This document shows positions 26,953 through 39,800 of a DNA stretch of 64,000 bases, piece by piece. A model generated the notes under the pieces. The model saw only the letters and a list, made by a program, of their open reading frames with translations, was not told the origin of the DNA and searched no databases. The DNA lies in NCBI GenBank assembly GCA_964035545.1, contig OZ037765.1, positions 17,174,995 through 17,238,994 on the forward strand, in the 5' to 3' direction. How positions within the stretch are numbered: position 1 is the stretch's first letter; every line of letters begins with the position of its first letter. The stretch comes from Bugula neritina. Taxonomy: Eukaryota; Animalia; Bryozoa. Position numbers and translations under genes: made by a program.

Positions 26953-29775
26953 ATGGCTGATCCTCGCTTAAGAAGCTTGAAAATTCAAACCGGCGTTGTC
27001 AAAAGGTATCAGTATCGCTGATGTTTCTACTTATAGTATAACGATTACAGTATTAGTATGGTATTGCTGTTAGTATTAGTGTATTTAGTAATAGTCTTAT
27101 TTCAATGTGTATAGTATGATTACTATTACTATTGGTGTTGTATTACTATTAGTATTAGTAATGACTATTACTAATACTGTAATAGTAATACTAGTACTAG
27201 TAGTAAATGTAATACTGATAGTAATACTAATACTAATAGTAGCACTAAGAGTGATAGTTATAGTATTTGTGTAAGTTATACTATTAGTATTACTATTACT
27301 ATTACTGTTAGTAATATTATTAGTATTACTATTAGTATAACTATAAGTATTAGTATTACTATAAACTTATTACCTAGCTTTAGATATCATTACTATCAGT
27401 GATTAGACGTACTACAACTACATTCACTTTTAGTCTATCATTACTAGTAATAATAATAATCTAATTACTAATAGACATAGTGATATTCCCATTAATAGTA
27501 AAAAGTAATACTGGCGATTAGTCTAAAAGGCAAAGTATGGGGTTAAAATTATGATACTTAATCCTTATCGGCTATTTGATATTTGAATAAATACGATCAA
27601 TATCATCTTAAATTAAATGGCACCTCATCTCTCTTTGACTCCCGTATCTTAAATTTTTACCAAGTAGCAATTCTGTTGCTTATGTAAATCTAATACATTC
27701 AAGTTATTTGATTTTGTTGCCAAATTGTTTTTTAGCTAAGCTACGCCTACTATTTTCAATATAGGGTACATAATTTTTTTAAACATCAAGTGAATGTTCT
27801 AAATTCAAACTGTGATCCAAATTTGGTTTTTTAATTATGTGTGTGTTTTTTATTTTCGTCATAATATAGTGTTTTACAACTAGCATAAGTTACAAGAGCA
27901 GACAAACAATTAGAAAGGAAACATAGTAACAAATAACAGTATATAAAAAATAAAGCTGTCGGAAGTGATGATGGGGCCCAGTGCGAAATAGCATGGCTAG
28001 TGGTAGGCGGGCCCAAAGTTGGCATAACCATACATGGCGCCACAGATCACTATACTGCATTAGATACTATGTGCTATTTGGTTTTAAACAAATTTAGTGG
28101 GAAGCAATTTAGAAAATTTAGGTTTTGTCTCAACAAAATTTGTAACAACAAGTTTGTAGAAAACTCTTATAGTTTTATTTATGATGTGCATACTTTAGTA
28201 TTTACTGTTGTGGGTTAATGGTTTGCTATTACAATTAGACTTGCTAAAGAAAAGACAGTCTACGAGCAAGAAGTTGTGAAGCAAACAGAGCACATTGAAA
28301 AAATGAAAGCTGATGGTAAAGATGAATATGACATCAAAAAGCAGGTACCTGTAGCAATTTAATTTTTCAAATTTACAAATGACTGTAGGGAAAGATTCAA
28401 GTCATTGTATTCTAAACTCCACTTGATTTTCATTGCCATCACTTATCAACACTGAGCTTTTTTCTGAATGGATTGTAAATAAGTAAGTTGTTGTTTAATA
28501 AATGATAGCCGCCCTCTTTCAACATAAACGAATCTACTGAAATAGAAAATCAGTGTCGGAAAAAGAATTTTGTGACATAAAAGTACAAAAGTTGTTTGTG
28601 AATACATTATATAAAATTAAATAATACTGTAAAAGTACCTCTTTAAAAAGTTTTTGTCTTTTATTGTACAGTATATTATTTTCAGCATACATAGTAGTTA
28701 ATATCCAGCATTTTAAAGATAGTAAAATATATGACTATCAACATTTTATGTAGGCTGCATAGCATGTAGTATTTGCCTATAAGATATACATACGAAAAAT
28801 ATGTTATATAGAGAAAAAGATTTTGCAGTTTAAATTTTAAAGCAATTTTTGACCAAAAATTGTGCAAGCATTTGTTATGCTGTAAAAAGTTTTACTCGCT
28901 GCGTCAAAACTTTATTTAAATATTCAATTAATTTGTAGTGAAGTAATATTGGCAAGAATAACCTGACATTTCTTGTATTTAGTGCAAATAGTAGTAACTC
29001 TTTAAAAAATATGAGCTGATTAACATTTGCATAAAGTATATAATGTACATTCTAGGACCCTGTTTTAATATTATCACTAAACTAATATGCACAAAGATTT
29101 GACCAATTCTATTAAGTTTCATCCAGAAAAATAGATATAATTATTTCCAATGGGTATTGACTCAACTGTACTTATGCACTATATACATCACGCCTTGCTT
29201 AAAAATGTTCATATTTCAAGGACTGTATGTTCAACACCTACCATGTCATAGCATACTCTGCCCAAAATTTCATTTTAGAAAAAAAACAATGAACTGCTGA
29301 ACGAATTTCCATTCTGATTAAAATGATAGATTTGTTTAAAACTGTAAATTAATATTGTTGCTATATAATTTTACATATTTTGTCACCACTTCTTGTAAGT
29401 ACTTAAAATCTGGAAAAATTTAGCATTGTGGCAGTTGTCTGTGCTATTCTATGACACAATAAAGTAATAGATTTATCAAACAGTTTTATGTAATGTAATA
29501 ACATTTGTATATATAAAGATAATGTAAGTTTCATGGAGTTTTCCTCTTCCTGAAGTATTATTAGTATATGGTATAATAAATAGTGCAATGATATTATTTA
29601 GACTGAAGTATTAGAGGAGTCGAAAATGATGATTCCAGACTGTCAGCGGAAACTTAAGGATGCTCATGCTAAACTGTCGGCATTGTTAGAAGAGACAGCA
29701 GAGCTGCATGAATCCAAAGAGTATAGTGATGCCAAAGATCAAGCTGCTGCCGTCCAGTCTGTTGTTGCTAATTAA
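26953..29775 (+). CDS. TBCA: Tubulin-specific chaperone A (110 aa, 3 exons)
   Basis: Exons 26953-27005 (MADPRLRSLKIQTGVVKR), 28239-28344 (LAKEKTVYEQEVVKQ...DEYDIKKQ), 29602-29775 (TEVLEESKMMIPDCQRKL...*), 333 nt in total. Canonical TBCA motifs. Absent from the ORF track because the exons are short. Confidence 0.95.
27030..27500. repeat. Hexamer-periodic ACT/AGT-rich low-complexity tract, TBCA intron 1
   Basis: e.g. TATTAC TATTAG TATTAG TAATGA, AATACT GATAGT AATACT AATACT AATAGT. Confidence 0.7.
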
Positions 29776-30673
29776 CTGTAGAAGTCCGCCTTTTTCTGTG
29801 CCCAGCTGCTAATTTTATTATTTAGAATGCTTAATTTGTTCTGTAATTAAACTTGTTGAGCAGCTTTAAAATTGACAAAAATGTAGAATTTTATAATTGC
29901 TGTTTAGATTTATTATTTCTTTATAATTTCTTAATAATAGTGTTTCACTTTTCCAATCATTCATTTATTTGCGATCTCAGTTACCTGATGTCAAAAAATT
30001 AAATTTGAAGTAATAGTATATATATTAATTGAAGTATTTTAGCTTCCCTGTGTTTATTTGATATTGCTTAGTAATTGCATTTACCATTATAGTACCGTAA
30101 TTAATAAAAACACCAAAAAGGAATGTAACATATATCAATATTTTACATGTTGAACATAGTATACTAAGTTCTTTTTTATACTTGGAATTGCCTGGTATTG
30201 AATTCAATTGAAGTTTGAAATGGGAAGCTGAACCTTAGCTAATTATTTAGTTTTAAAATAACCAAGTTGAAGAATTACATTGACTGATAATATTTCAGTA
30301 TGCAATTCCACAAGAATCCCGGTAGTAGTGGGAAATCTATACTTTTTGAAAAAATAGTTGTATTAAACAAAATTTCTTGTAAATCACAAGTCTGATGAAT
30401 GCATAAATAGTTACTTTACATTTTACTACTTGAGAAAATGTTTTGAGTTAGTATGTTATGCCTCCTCAAGAAACATTTTGTGCAATGCTAGTAACACTCC
30501 AATTCTTTGTTCTGTTGAGTACTTAGATCAAGATTTTCACATATGCCTTGGGCGTCTAAAACTTTGTTGAAGCTCGATAACAATTGCTTTATTTTTAATA
30601 AACTGCTCACACTAGAAGTGACACTTTTGATCAAGCGGGTATAGTGATACAGTTGTGATGGTGTAAAAACTTC

Positions 30674-30745
30674 TGCCCTCACCAGGAATCGAACCTCAGA
30701 CTTCTAACATGCAAGTCAGCTTGCTAACCATTACACTATAGGGGC
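30674..30745 (-). pseudogene. tRNA-Ala(TGC)-like sequence (tRNA pseudogene or SINE head)
   Basis: Minus strand GCCCCTATAGTGTAATGGTTAGCAAGCTGACTTGCATGTTAGAAGTCTGAGGTTCGATTCCTGGTGAGGGCA has an A box, a B box (GGTTCGATTCC) and an anticodon arm CTGAC/GTTAG around TGC. The loop is only 6 nt, the acceptor stem has a mismatch, and no T-run follows directly. Confidence 0.6.
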
Positions 30746-31239
30746 TACTGAAAATTTCAACACTACGTTTCACCTAGTTCTCCAGAACTTGCAAGGTTCG
30801 ATTCCCGGTGAGGGTAGAAACTTTCACATAATATTATAAATGAGTACAGTCACTATATACAAATTGCATTGTTAATAACTATTGTGTGTACATTATAAGT
30901 ACGAGTGCACACATGTAGCTATAGAGTTATCTTTCCATTTTAGGATCTACAAATGCCGTCCTTCAAGTACGGCTAAAATTATTAATCGCCCCGTATTTAA
31001 TAAACAAAACATCTAGGTATTACTTTTTAAGTTAAGCGAACACTTTTATTGAAGTTTATTCGCTGTGACCGTCGTTAAAAATAAATGATTGTCAACATGA
31101 ATATCAATATGAAGTTATATTTTTATTTATCACTAAATTTGTGATCGTTGTTTATAATCTTTTAATAATATTGTACTAAGATGTAAATTAATGAAAAAGT
31201 AAATAAAATTATAATCGCCATGTCTAATGGCATGGTTGT

Positions 31240-31930
31240 ATAGTAATTCCATTAGCTTAGGCTTAGCCGATAGCCATAGGGCTAGGCGATAAGATTAAGT
31301 TTAAAAATAAAATAAAAATTAATCATCTTCATGATGATCATGATGATGAAAATGATTATGCATGCTTATAGACTTAGAGTTAGTCTTACATTTAGACTAA
31401 TTATTAGATTGATAGTAGTTTTTCATTGTGTCATATTGATATTCAATTTCATTATGTCTATGATCATATTTATACTATTAATATTCACACTTTTACTTTA
31501 CTATGAGTATGACTATGAGTATTAACCATAGGGAATAGGCATAAATTAACTTCTGCTTTTAGTTTTAGTATTGCTATTAGTAATTAGTATTACTATTAGC
31601 AACAATCACTATGATTATGACTGAATGAGACTTATACTAATACTTTTAGTTTTGGTTTTAGTATTACATTTTGATTTACTATCTAACAAGAAATAGTATT
31701 AGTATGAGTATCACTATCAATGAAAGTAAATACATTAACTTTAAGGGATTACTCATAAGTAATAATCAAACCAAGTATTACTATTAGTATAAACAGTAAT
31801 ATCACTCTCACCATGGCTATAAGTATATAGTATTATACTTTTACGTTTAGTTGTACTGAATACTGATACTTACTACCAGTATGAGTATCATATTCGTAGT
31901 GATACTTGACCTTATACTTTTAGTGATGCT
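31240..31930. repeat. Hexamer-periodic low-complexity tract, presumed RPAIN 5'-UTR intron
   Basis: e.g. TATGAG TATGAC TATGAG, TACTGA ATACTG ATACTT ACTACC AGTATG AGTATC; upstream of the acceptor TTATATCAG| near 32512. Confidence 0.6.
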
Positions 31931-32533
31931 AAAACATTTCTGTTTGCTGACCAGGTTTTTCCAGAAAAACAAATCTAGCACACTGCCATTGGGTTCTATT
32001 TTTGTTTTGAGCTTAAAGTTACTTAGTATAAATTGTGTTGTAGAATCATTTTTTCTTGCAGAGAGCTAATTCTAATTTAGCATTGAAACAGTTTATAACT
32101 TCTACAACTTAAAAATATAGGATATATATTTCGATTGCTAAAATTGCAGTATTTTTATGGCACTTTGGTTATGCTTTGTAGACTAATATGCTCTCTTAAG
32201 TGATATTGGTAGTGATTTGTAGCTAATTTGTGTTGTTTCCTCTACACTTACAACTTAGTCTAAAATTAAAAACACCGGCTATAAGGTTAAGCTAACTGAA
32301 AGGATTTGATACACCAAAGCATCTTGCTAATTTGAGAGCAACATATGCTTTAATAACTACATCTTACAGTCTATATTTTCTGTAATATTTTTTCATCATA
32401 AATTAATCAGTTTCTGTTGCTGATTTTTGTCATTTTGTGAACGATTAATATCTAATCTTTACATTTTTCACTGTAATGTATCATCATTTATTTATTTATT
32501 GATTTATATCAGTGTGGAATAAATGAAAAGACC

Positions 32534-35500
32534 ATGTCTTCAATGACTAGCACTCGTAAAGATCAGCACAAGTTTACTACTCCTCCATGGAAAGAAACAT
32601 ATAAAAAGGTAGATATAATTATTTAGTTGTACACTCAGTTGCCTCTTCTAAACTGTGTGCATTTGTTACTGAATTATATGTATAGTGCTTGTAGGCTGTG
32701 ATAGTCTTGTTTTCAGATGGCATACGTTGTGATTATGTTTTCTTCAGAGATGTCTAGAAAACATGCGAAAAAATAGAGTCAGCTTTTTGAATCGGTTTAG
32801 AATGCCAAAAAGGTCAGACGTGATATCTGTGGTACAAGAAGTCATGACAGAAGAGTGGAATGAGCTAAGGAAGTCTCACACCACTCTCCCTTCATGTTCA
32901 GAACTTATGTTTGATACTGACAATGAAGAGATTACTTATCTCAACTCTATTGTTGAAGAAGTTGAGCTGTCTCTCAGAGAAGAGGGTATGTGGCTAGTAA
33001 TGTTTTTTCCTTCAGTATCCGTTTGAGCCAAAATGACCATTTAGCAATACTAGTAATACATTGCTTCTAGTGCTTAGCCACAAGCAAGCACTTGTAACAT
33101 TATGAGTATGAATTTGGTGATCATTGCTCGTAATGATGTCATTATGAGTATTTCAGGCTGATCTCACTTTAACACAGAGTTTTATCAATCAAGTGAGTAA
33201 ATGCATGAGAAATTTTTACTAGTAAATAATAGACAATGCTTGGGTAGTTTTATATCTCATCTCACAACTACTTCAGCAGGTCTTTAAAATATTCTTGTTA
33301 TATTTTTGCAGCAAAAATTATCAGATTTTAGCAAGAATATGCAATTGATGTAACGTATTGTTTGTGAATTTAGGGAGCAGTCGTTGTCTGGTGGTAAAAG
33401 ATCTGACCTAGTAAGTGCTAGCTAGGTCATGGGTTCGGATTTCGGTAAAGGCTATTGTTGTTTTCATAGAGAGCATCTGGTTACTATGTCTCTTGTGCTC
33501 CAAATAGACAGTCCTTAACCCCCTCTCCCCTAAAAATACTTACCATCAGAGATTCTCACAGGGATGGAGGCTTTATATGTTGTTTGCATTTATTGCAGAG
33601 AAGAGTCTTTTGGAACTCTATTTCACAGACTATGAAAAAGACCTGTGCAACACAATAGACCAGTTGCTATCAGACTCAGATCTGATCTGCCCTTTGTGTC
33701 AAAGGTTAGCCTAACTACTGTCATAATAGTTTACATTTTATATATCTATCAGCATAAAAGGTTTTACCTGCATAATATTTTTTGTTCATGCTAAAATTAT
33801 TTGTGATTTTGTAGTTAATTGTATCTCAAAATATCTGCTATGACTAATTTCTTCAATCTTTCAAAGACATGACAGAAATTATTTTAGGGAACTGTCTTGA
33901 GATAAAGATAATGTGTATGTGCTAATATAGCTTCTACTGATGCTGTGACCACTATGAGTAAACCGCTATCATTACTGCTAGTATTAATGTTACTGCTACT
34001 GTTGTTGCTACTAATACTGTTGCTACTAATACTGTTACTACTAATACTGTTACTACTAATACTGTTACTACTAATACTACTATCACTACCACTATCACTA
34101 CTACTACCACTACTACTACTACTACTACTACCACTATTACTACTGCTACTACTACTACTAGTACTACTACTACTACTACTACTAGTACTACTACTACACT
34201 ACTACTACTACTACTGTTGTTACTACTGTTGCTACTGCTACTACTGTTGCTACTACTGTTGCTACTACTGTTGCTACTACTGTTGCTACTACTGTTGCTA
34301 CTACTGTTGCTACTACTGTTGCTACTACTGTTGCTACTACTGTTGCTACTACTGTTGCTACTACTGTTGTTACGGCTACTACTAATGTTACTGTTATTAT
34401 TAGGCTATTATTCCTGTTTCTATTGTAGTCTAGAGGTGGGTTTATGTTTAGCCAATGCATTGAGCTCAAAAATTATTTTATTTATTTGTGTATTTCACAG
34501 AAACCCACTGATGATGAATAAAGGTGTTGTTTTGTGTGCCTGTGGTTTAAGAGTAAATACTGAGGTAAGTTTCTGGTTTTAATAAATCATGGTGATTGTA
34601 ATTTTTTTAATCTAGAAAACTTAACGTCTTTGGAAGGATTATCAACAATATAAAAGGCTGCAATATTGCAAGTTGTTGAAAATATATTTTCACCACACGT
34701 TTCTTCCATACTCCTACGCTATGTGGTAGTGAAGCTAACCCGTGCCCATGTTTGCATTACATTATTGAATATTCTTACAATAGTTCATTGTGTATTGTAC
34801 TTCTGATATTATACTAATCTCTAAATATCATTCTTGGTATAAACCGAATCAATCAAATGTATATCTACAGGTCCTATAAAACTCAGTCTATCAAAATCAC
34901 ATGTAGGTTGGAACCATTATAACATTATACTATAATCCCCAACTCTTCTTACTGCCAGGCAACTGATTGATGCACATTTGCTGATAATATAAACCTGACA
35001 CACAAAACTTAGATACCAAAAAAATAATGCAGCTAACAAAAGTTGCCCTATTGTTTAAAAACATGTGTTTTTCTGTTGAACTTTCAAATATTTATATGAG
35101 GCATATTGATTGGCTGTGTTTTATATGATCCATTGTCATGATATGAGAGCAACATAATATATATGTTATATCCCACAACAGCTTTCCCTCAAGCTGGTTC
35201 TACCATTGCTCTGGCTATGTTTTGCTAGCAAGATGCAGTGACAATTTCCTACATAAAACAGTCATTAGAACGAACTATGGCAACCCACAACAACAGTTGT
35301 GAAGAAACAGCAAACTTTGTTGTTGAGGACATGTTTGGTATGAACCACTTGCTCATGGTCTGTGAGGTAGGGATATTATGGTACAGGTCTTATGTATACG
35401 TGTCATTATTTGACTAGGACAAGCACTGTTCTGGCAGATTAGTATTATAATTGTTTAGAGATTTATAGTAAATGTTACGAGTTGAATATATTGTACAGCT

Positions 35501-36596
35501 TGACATCCATTTTAAATTTTCTAACAGTTGAGAAGTGCATTTTTTAAATTGCTTCAACAAATGTAATACTACTATGCGCTGCATTGTAGTATTGTTTTTG
35601 AATATCTATAAGCACGCAAGTTTCAATTAATAAGGGCTTTTGGGGAGTAATAATAAATTATCAGCTGCCGCAGAACTTCAGTTTGTTAAGATTGTCTCTG
35701 TAAAAACATCACTTTTGATTTACTTTTTGTGTAATAGTGTTGCCTGTTTAACTTTAAAATGTATAAATACTGCAATTGTCTCAAGAACAAATAGTGTCTG
35801 CATTCCCCAGATATATCATGTCTCAACCCTTCATAATGCTCCATGATTAATTAGCCCTATTTGAAAAGTATATGTTAATGCTCCCAACAAGCCACAATGC
35901 TAATGAAACAATAAAATTTGGCTTTTAATTTAATTTTAGAAATTTGTTTAAGTTCAACTCAGCTTACAAGATATTATACTTTTTCAATCACTCTAACTTC
36001 CTTGGACTACCATGTTATGCATTTTTTAACAAGTGAATTTTAGTTTGTAACATATTTTGCTGCTTTATAAGAATTTTTTCTTTGTCAGCAACTTTTGATT
36101 GTTTCAGGCTTGCGTAAAATTCAGATTTATTAATTTCTGAAACATTTTAAAATACTAATTTTGAAGATTTTTGTAAGATGGAGTTTGTTTTAAACATTTG
36201 GCAGTTATGGTTAAAATGTGGTGTTTTACTTGCCGAAAATCTACAATCCAAAAGATTTTAAATTAAAAAAGGTCCAAAAACTTGTGAGTTTTGTTAAATC
36301 TCTATCTATACAAGATCCCCCTGCTAATAAGGCTAAATACTTGTTTGCTGTACCAAAGGAACAATCCTGGTCAGATGCCCTTTTTTCCAATGACCTCAGG
36401 GATTCCAACCCATGACACAGTTCACACTGAGATGACGCCTTCTTGAAAATCATACCTTTACATTGTAATGTTATAAGCAAAATTCAATTCAGCTAAAAAT
36501 TAGGTAAAAGTGAAGTGAAGTCTTCATAAAACATGTAGAATGTAAGGTTTTACCCTTTTGTTGTAGGTGTGTGACTTTATGGACATTATTATATAA
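32534..36596 (+). CDS. RPAIN: RPA-interacting protein (RIP/RPAIN), ~216 aa, 6 coding exons
   Basis: Exons 32534-32608, 32748-32985, 33599-33704, 34501-34564, 35229-35366, 36567-36596 (651 nt). Motifs PPWKETYKKRCLENMRKNR...VQEVMTEEWNEL and the zinc-finger ICPLCQ..CAC...H...C...MVCEVCDFMDIII* match RPAIN. Confidence 0.9.
33374..33577 (+). mobile_element. tRNA-headed SINE copy 3 (RPAIN intron)
   Basis: GAGCAGTCGTTGTCTGGTGGTAAAAG...CCTAGTAAG...GTCATGGGTTCGGATTTC...AAAGGCTATTGTTG...GAGAGCATC...CCATCAGAGATTCTCACAGGGATGG is colinear with the reverse complements of 2883-3074 and 8855-9032. Confidence 0.65.
33985..34400. repeat. Compound microsatellite: (CTA)n with 15-mer CTAATACTGTTRCTA and 12-mer TACTACTGTTGC arrays
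   Basis: Directly visible in RPAIN intron 3. It generates the spurious poly-L, poly-V and (YYCC)n ORFs. Confidence 0.95.
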
Positions 36597-36738
36597 CTCG
36601 CCTCATCTTGATTTATTAAAAAATACTTTCATCAGACCTACAGTGTTCTCATTCATTATCTTAGTATGCCATTTTAGAAATTGTATTATATGTATTGGCA
36701 TAATTTTTAATTGTAAATATTTATATTTCACTTTGTGC

Positions 36739-36752
36739 AATAAACATTTATT
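36739..36752. terminator. Back-to-back poly(A) signals AATAAA-CA-TTTATT between RPAIN and CASP
   Basis: AATAAA on + (36739-36744) and on - (36752-36747), inside the 272-bp gap between the two stop codons. Confidence 0.55.
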
Positions 36753-36868
36753 TTTTAACAATAAGTTTTATCTTTCATTAAATTTTCAAATATCTGCAAA
36801 TAAATGCAATATAATCATGTCAAAATGTGTTTATGAGATATACGATGTAGAGTTGTGCCTTCTTGGAA

Positions 36869-39800
36869 TTAATGGTTGTGCCCATCTTTGTGGAATGCTA
36901 GCATATGTTCAGCAAATCTATAAAAAAAGTACCACATCGTAACTGTGCATAATAAGAGGATAGATGAAGGCGATTGACGAGGTTAATGTCAAAACCCAAG
37001 AAATACAGTATAACTTATACAGCATGCATATAAGATTTTGTGTAGCCTATTGGATACATGTGTATCAATTTTACTGCAACTTATTTTACTTGCTGCTTTT
37101 GATGTAGTTTACTTATAAGAAATTTACCACGAACAGATGTAAACAATAATTGTGTTAAATATTTTAGTAAATTCCACAAAGCAAAATGTAAAAAGGCAAA
37201 TTTCTACCAGTTATTTCAGAAACCTGATCGGTTTATATAGTATATCGAATACCCTAACCTTTCATCGCATTGGCCTGTTGCATCGTCATCCAAATTTGCC
37301 AGCTTGTACAGTGACTAAAAGGTAATATAAAGAGAGTATAAATCACAGATAGAGTAATAATATTGGTGAATAGAAAATTTTATGCAGCAAGTTACAGTGA
37401 AATATATAAATGATTTTATCATGTAGGCTATGCATAGCTGCTTACCAGAAATACGAGCAGGTGCAACAGAATAGCATAGATAAAGGCAAAAGTTCGAGCT
37501 GTAGAGTTTCCCATTACTAGTCTTCCCTGCAATTAAACAGATAATGAATAGTGAACATATTTTCAGACAAGCTATTCTTATTAACTTTGTGTTTGAATTT
37601 AGATTACAGGGTTTGAGATTATACTACATAAGTTAAGATGTTCTTTCTGCCAAATGTAGGGTCATAGGCACCACTAAAGTTATAGAGATGTGAACCTGGC
37701 ACAACTTATCTATATATCAGTATGACAACATACACATTGTTGCCTGTACAATCTTCAAAGGAGCAGGTGGGAAATGGTTAAAACATAGTCTAGACTCTAG
37801 AAGGTATATATTTAAGCTACATAGTTCATGAAACTGTAGATAAATTATCAAAAATAAATACTTAAACCTAAAACCTTAAACCTTAAAGTATCTTAATAAT
37901 AAATCAATCCTTTTAGCTAAAACGCTACCATCTCTCAAAAGCATAAAAAAGAGCCATGAATCACTAGCTTGCTTACAGCACAGAAAATTCGTTTTTTACG
38001 CACAATCAGTTAAGCAATAAAAGCTGATGAGTTTGTAGTTTGAAAGAGCCTATAACTTATTAATTTTCTGCCAGCTGGAGCAGGCATTTCATAAGAGAAT
38101 ATAAAGACTATACTCACAATTCCAAGAGTTATCTTCTCATGAAGCTTAAGGTTGCCATAACGTCTGTTTCTTTCCTAAAAAGATCATTTAGATAAGTTTA
38201 AGATTAAAATTTCAGGTGAAGTTTATTAATGTTATTGTGTGTGTGGCAATCATGTACTATTTTTAAAATCAGCTTTGTTAAAAAAAAACTTTTAAAATTG
38301 TCTATAATTATAAATGGCTTAAAGGTCTGTTCATTTTATTATTTGAGAATGTGCAAGAGCTGTAGAAGAGATCATTAGGACAACCTCTTTTCCGAAGTCT
38401 GTCCAAAATATGAATTACATACACTTTTAGTGTAGGTACTAAATCTATAAAACCTTTTTAAAGTTTATTTTCATCAGCTCTTATTTTATGCCAGGATGTT
38501 CCTAAGACTATACAATAATATAATCTACTTCTATATGGCAACATTACAATTTCTCTTACTTTTACTAATATAGATAACAAAATGAATGGAATGTTAAAAC
38601 ACATGTTTTGGAGTTTATAATTTAGCTGAATGACCTGTACTTTTTAACTTTGAACATAAGATAGTATTTAAAGTATTAGATGATGAAATACCTTCTTATT
38701 GAAGTTGGTAAATGGATCCAACTTCATCTCATATTGAGCAGAATACCTTGCCTCCGTCTCATCCGTAGGACCAGCAGCAGCTCGACTTCCTGATTTCGAA
38801 GAGTAGTTCTGCAGAAATTTTATCTTCTCGTACAGCTTGATGTTATCCGTTCTGATCCGATCCATCTCATTCTGTTGCAGCAGATTTTTCTGCTGTAAAG
38901 CCACCAGCTCCTGTAAAATTAATAAATATTAAAGAAAGTCACTTAAGAATTTTAAAATACTTTTAACAATTTACTTTCAAGTATATTTCATTTTTATTAC
39001 ACAATATGGCCAGCATATAATTTTACCTGCCTAACTCTACCTAGTTGACTCAAAATTACATTAAATAAAATCCCACTGACAATGATTGGCATGCACTATC
39101 TACAATATTTCACAAACTAGAAATTCAACAGCACTCATCGTCACAACTACAAATTATACTGATAACATGTTTCACACAAAAAGCTTACAGTTTCAAGCTC
39201 CTGGGCCCTCTGTCTGTACCTTTCACGCTGCCCCTGCATTATCGGCAAAAGAGAGTCGGCAGCAGCAGTCTTTTCAGTATCAACAAACTGAGTGTCTTTC
39301 ACAGCTTCAGCAACGAGTTCGGAGCTTTGAGATGGTTCTCCCTTCAACACCATAATAGGTTTACAAACTATTGGCAAATATAGAGTTATACTCTCTTGAT
39401 GTCCATCATGTACTATTTGAAGTGTCTAATGACTTCTCAACTAAAATCATCAGTTTATATTATATTTTACATTTACGATTTTTCTATATAACAAAACCAA
39501 TATAAATTAACCAACTTGACTAACCAGGCAACTAATACTAGAACAAGAAAAGAATCTCCGTATATATTCTTGAATTAGAAAAAATAATTGTACGCCTATG
39601 TATATTATAAAGTACTGGCTTGAAAATTGAAGCTTTAAAATGATTGATTCTTGAAAAATTACCAACTTTTATTATTGCTTGCTTGACACTAGTGAGTTGT
39701 TAACATAATAATAAATGTTGTGTTAGTTTTATGTTTACAACAGCTATGTAGTGCCTTAAAAGATGTATTATTTTACTTAGTAAATGCATATTGTTGCTAA

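Noticed and set aside
27960-28050. GC-rich patch with GTGATGA in TBCA intron 1 as a C/D snoRNA (similar case near 51025-51097)
   Set aside because: No properly placed CTGA D box with a terminal stem (imperfect C box in the second case); more likely a repeat remnant.
33945-34582. ORFs encoding poly-Leu, poly-Val, (VVAT)n and (YYCC)n
   Set aside because: Translations of an intronic CTA/TGT microsatellite; only 34501-34564 is a real RPAIN exon.
38020-38062. CTGATGA...GAAA as a second hammerhead (also CTGATGA near 30392 and 45625)
   Set aside because: No stem I or stem II pairing, or the GAAA core is missing.
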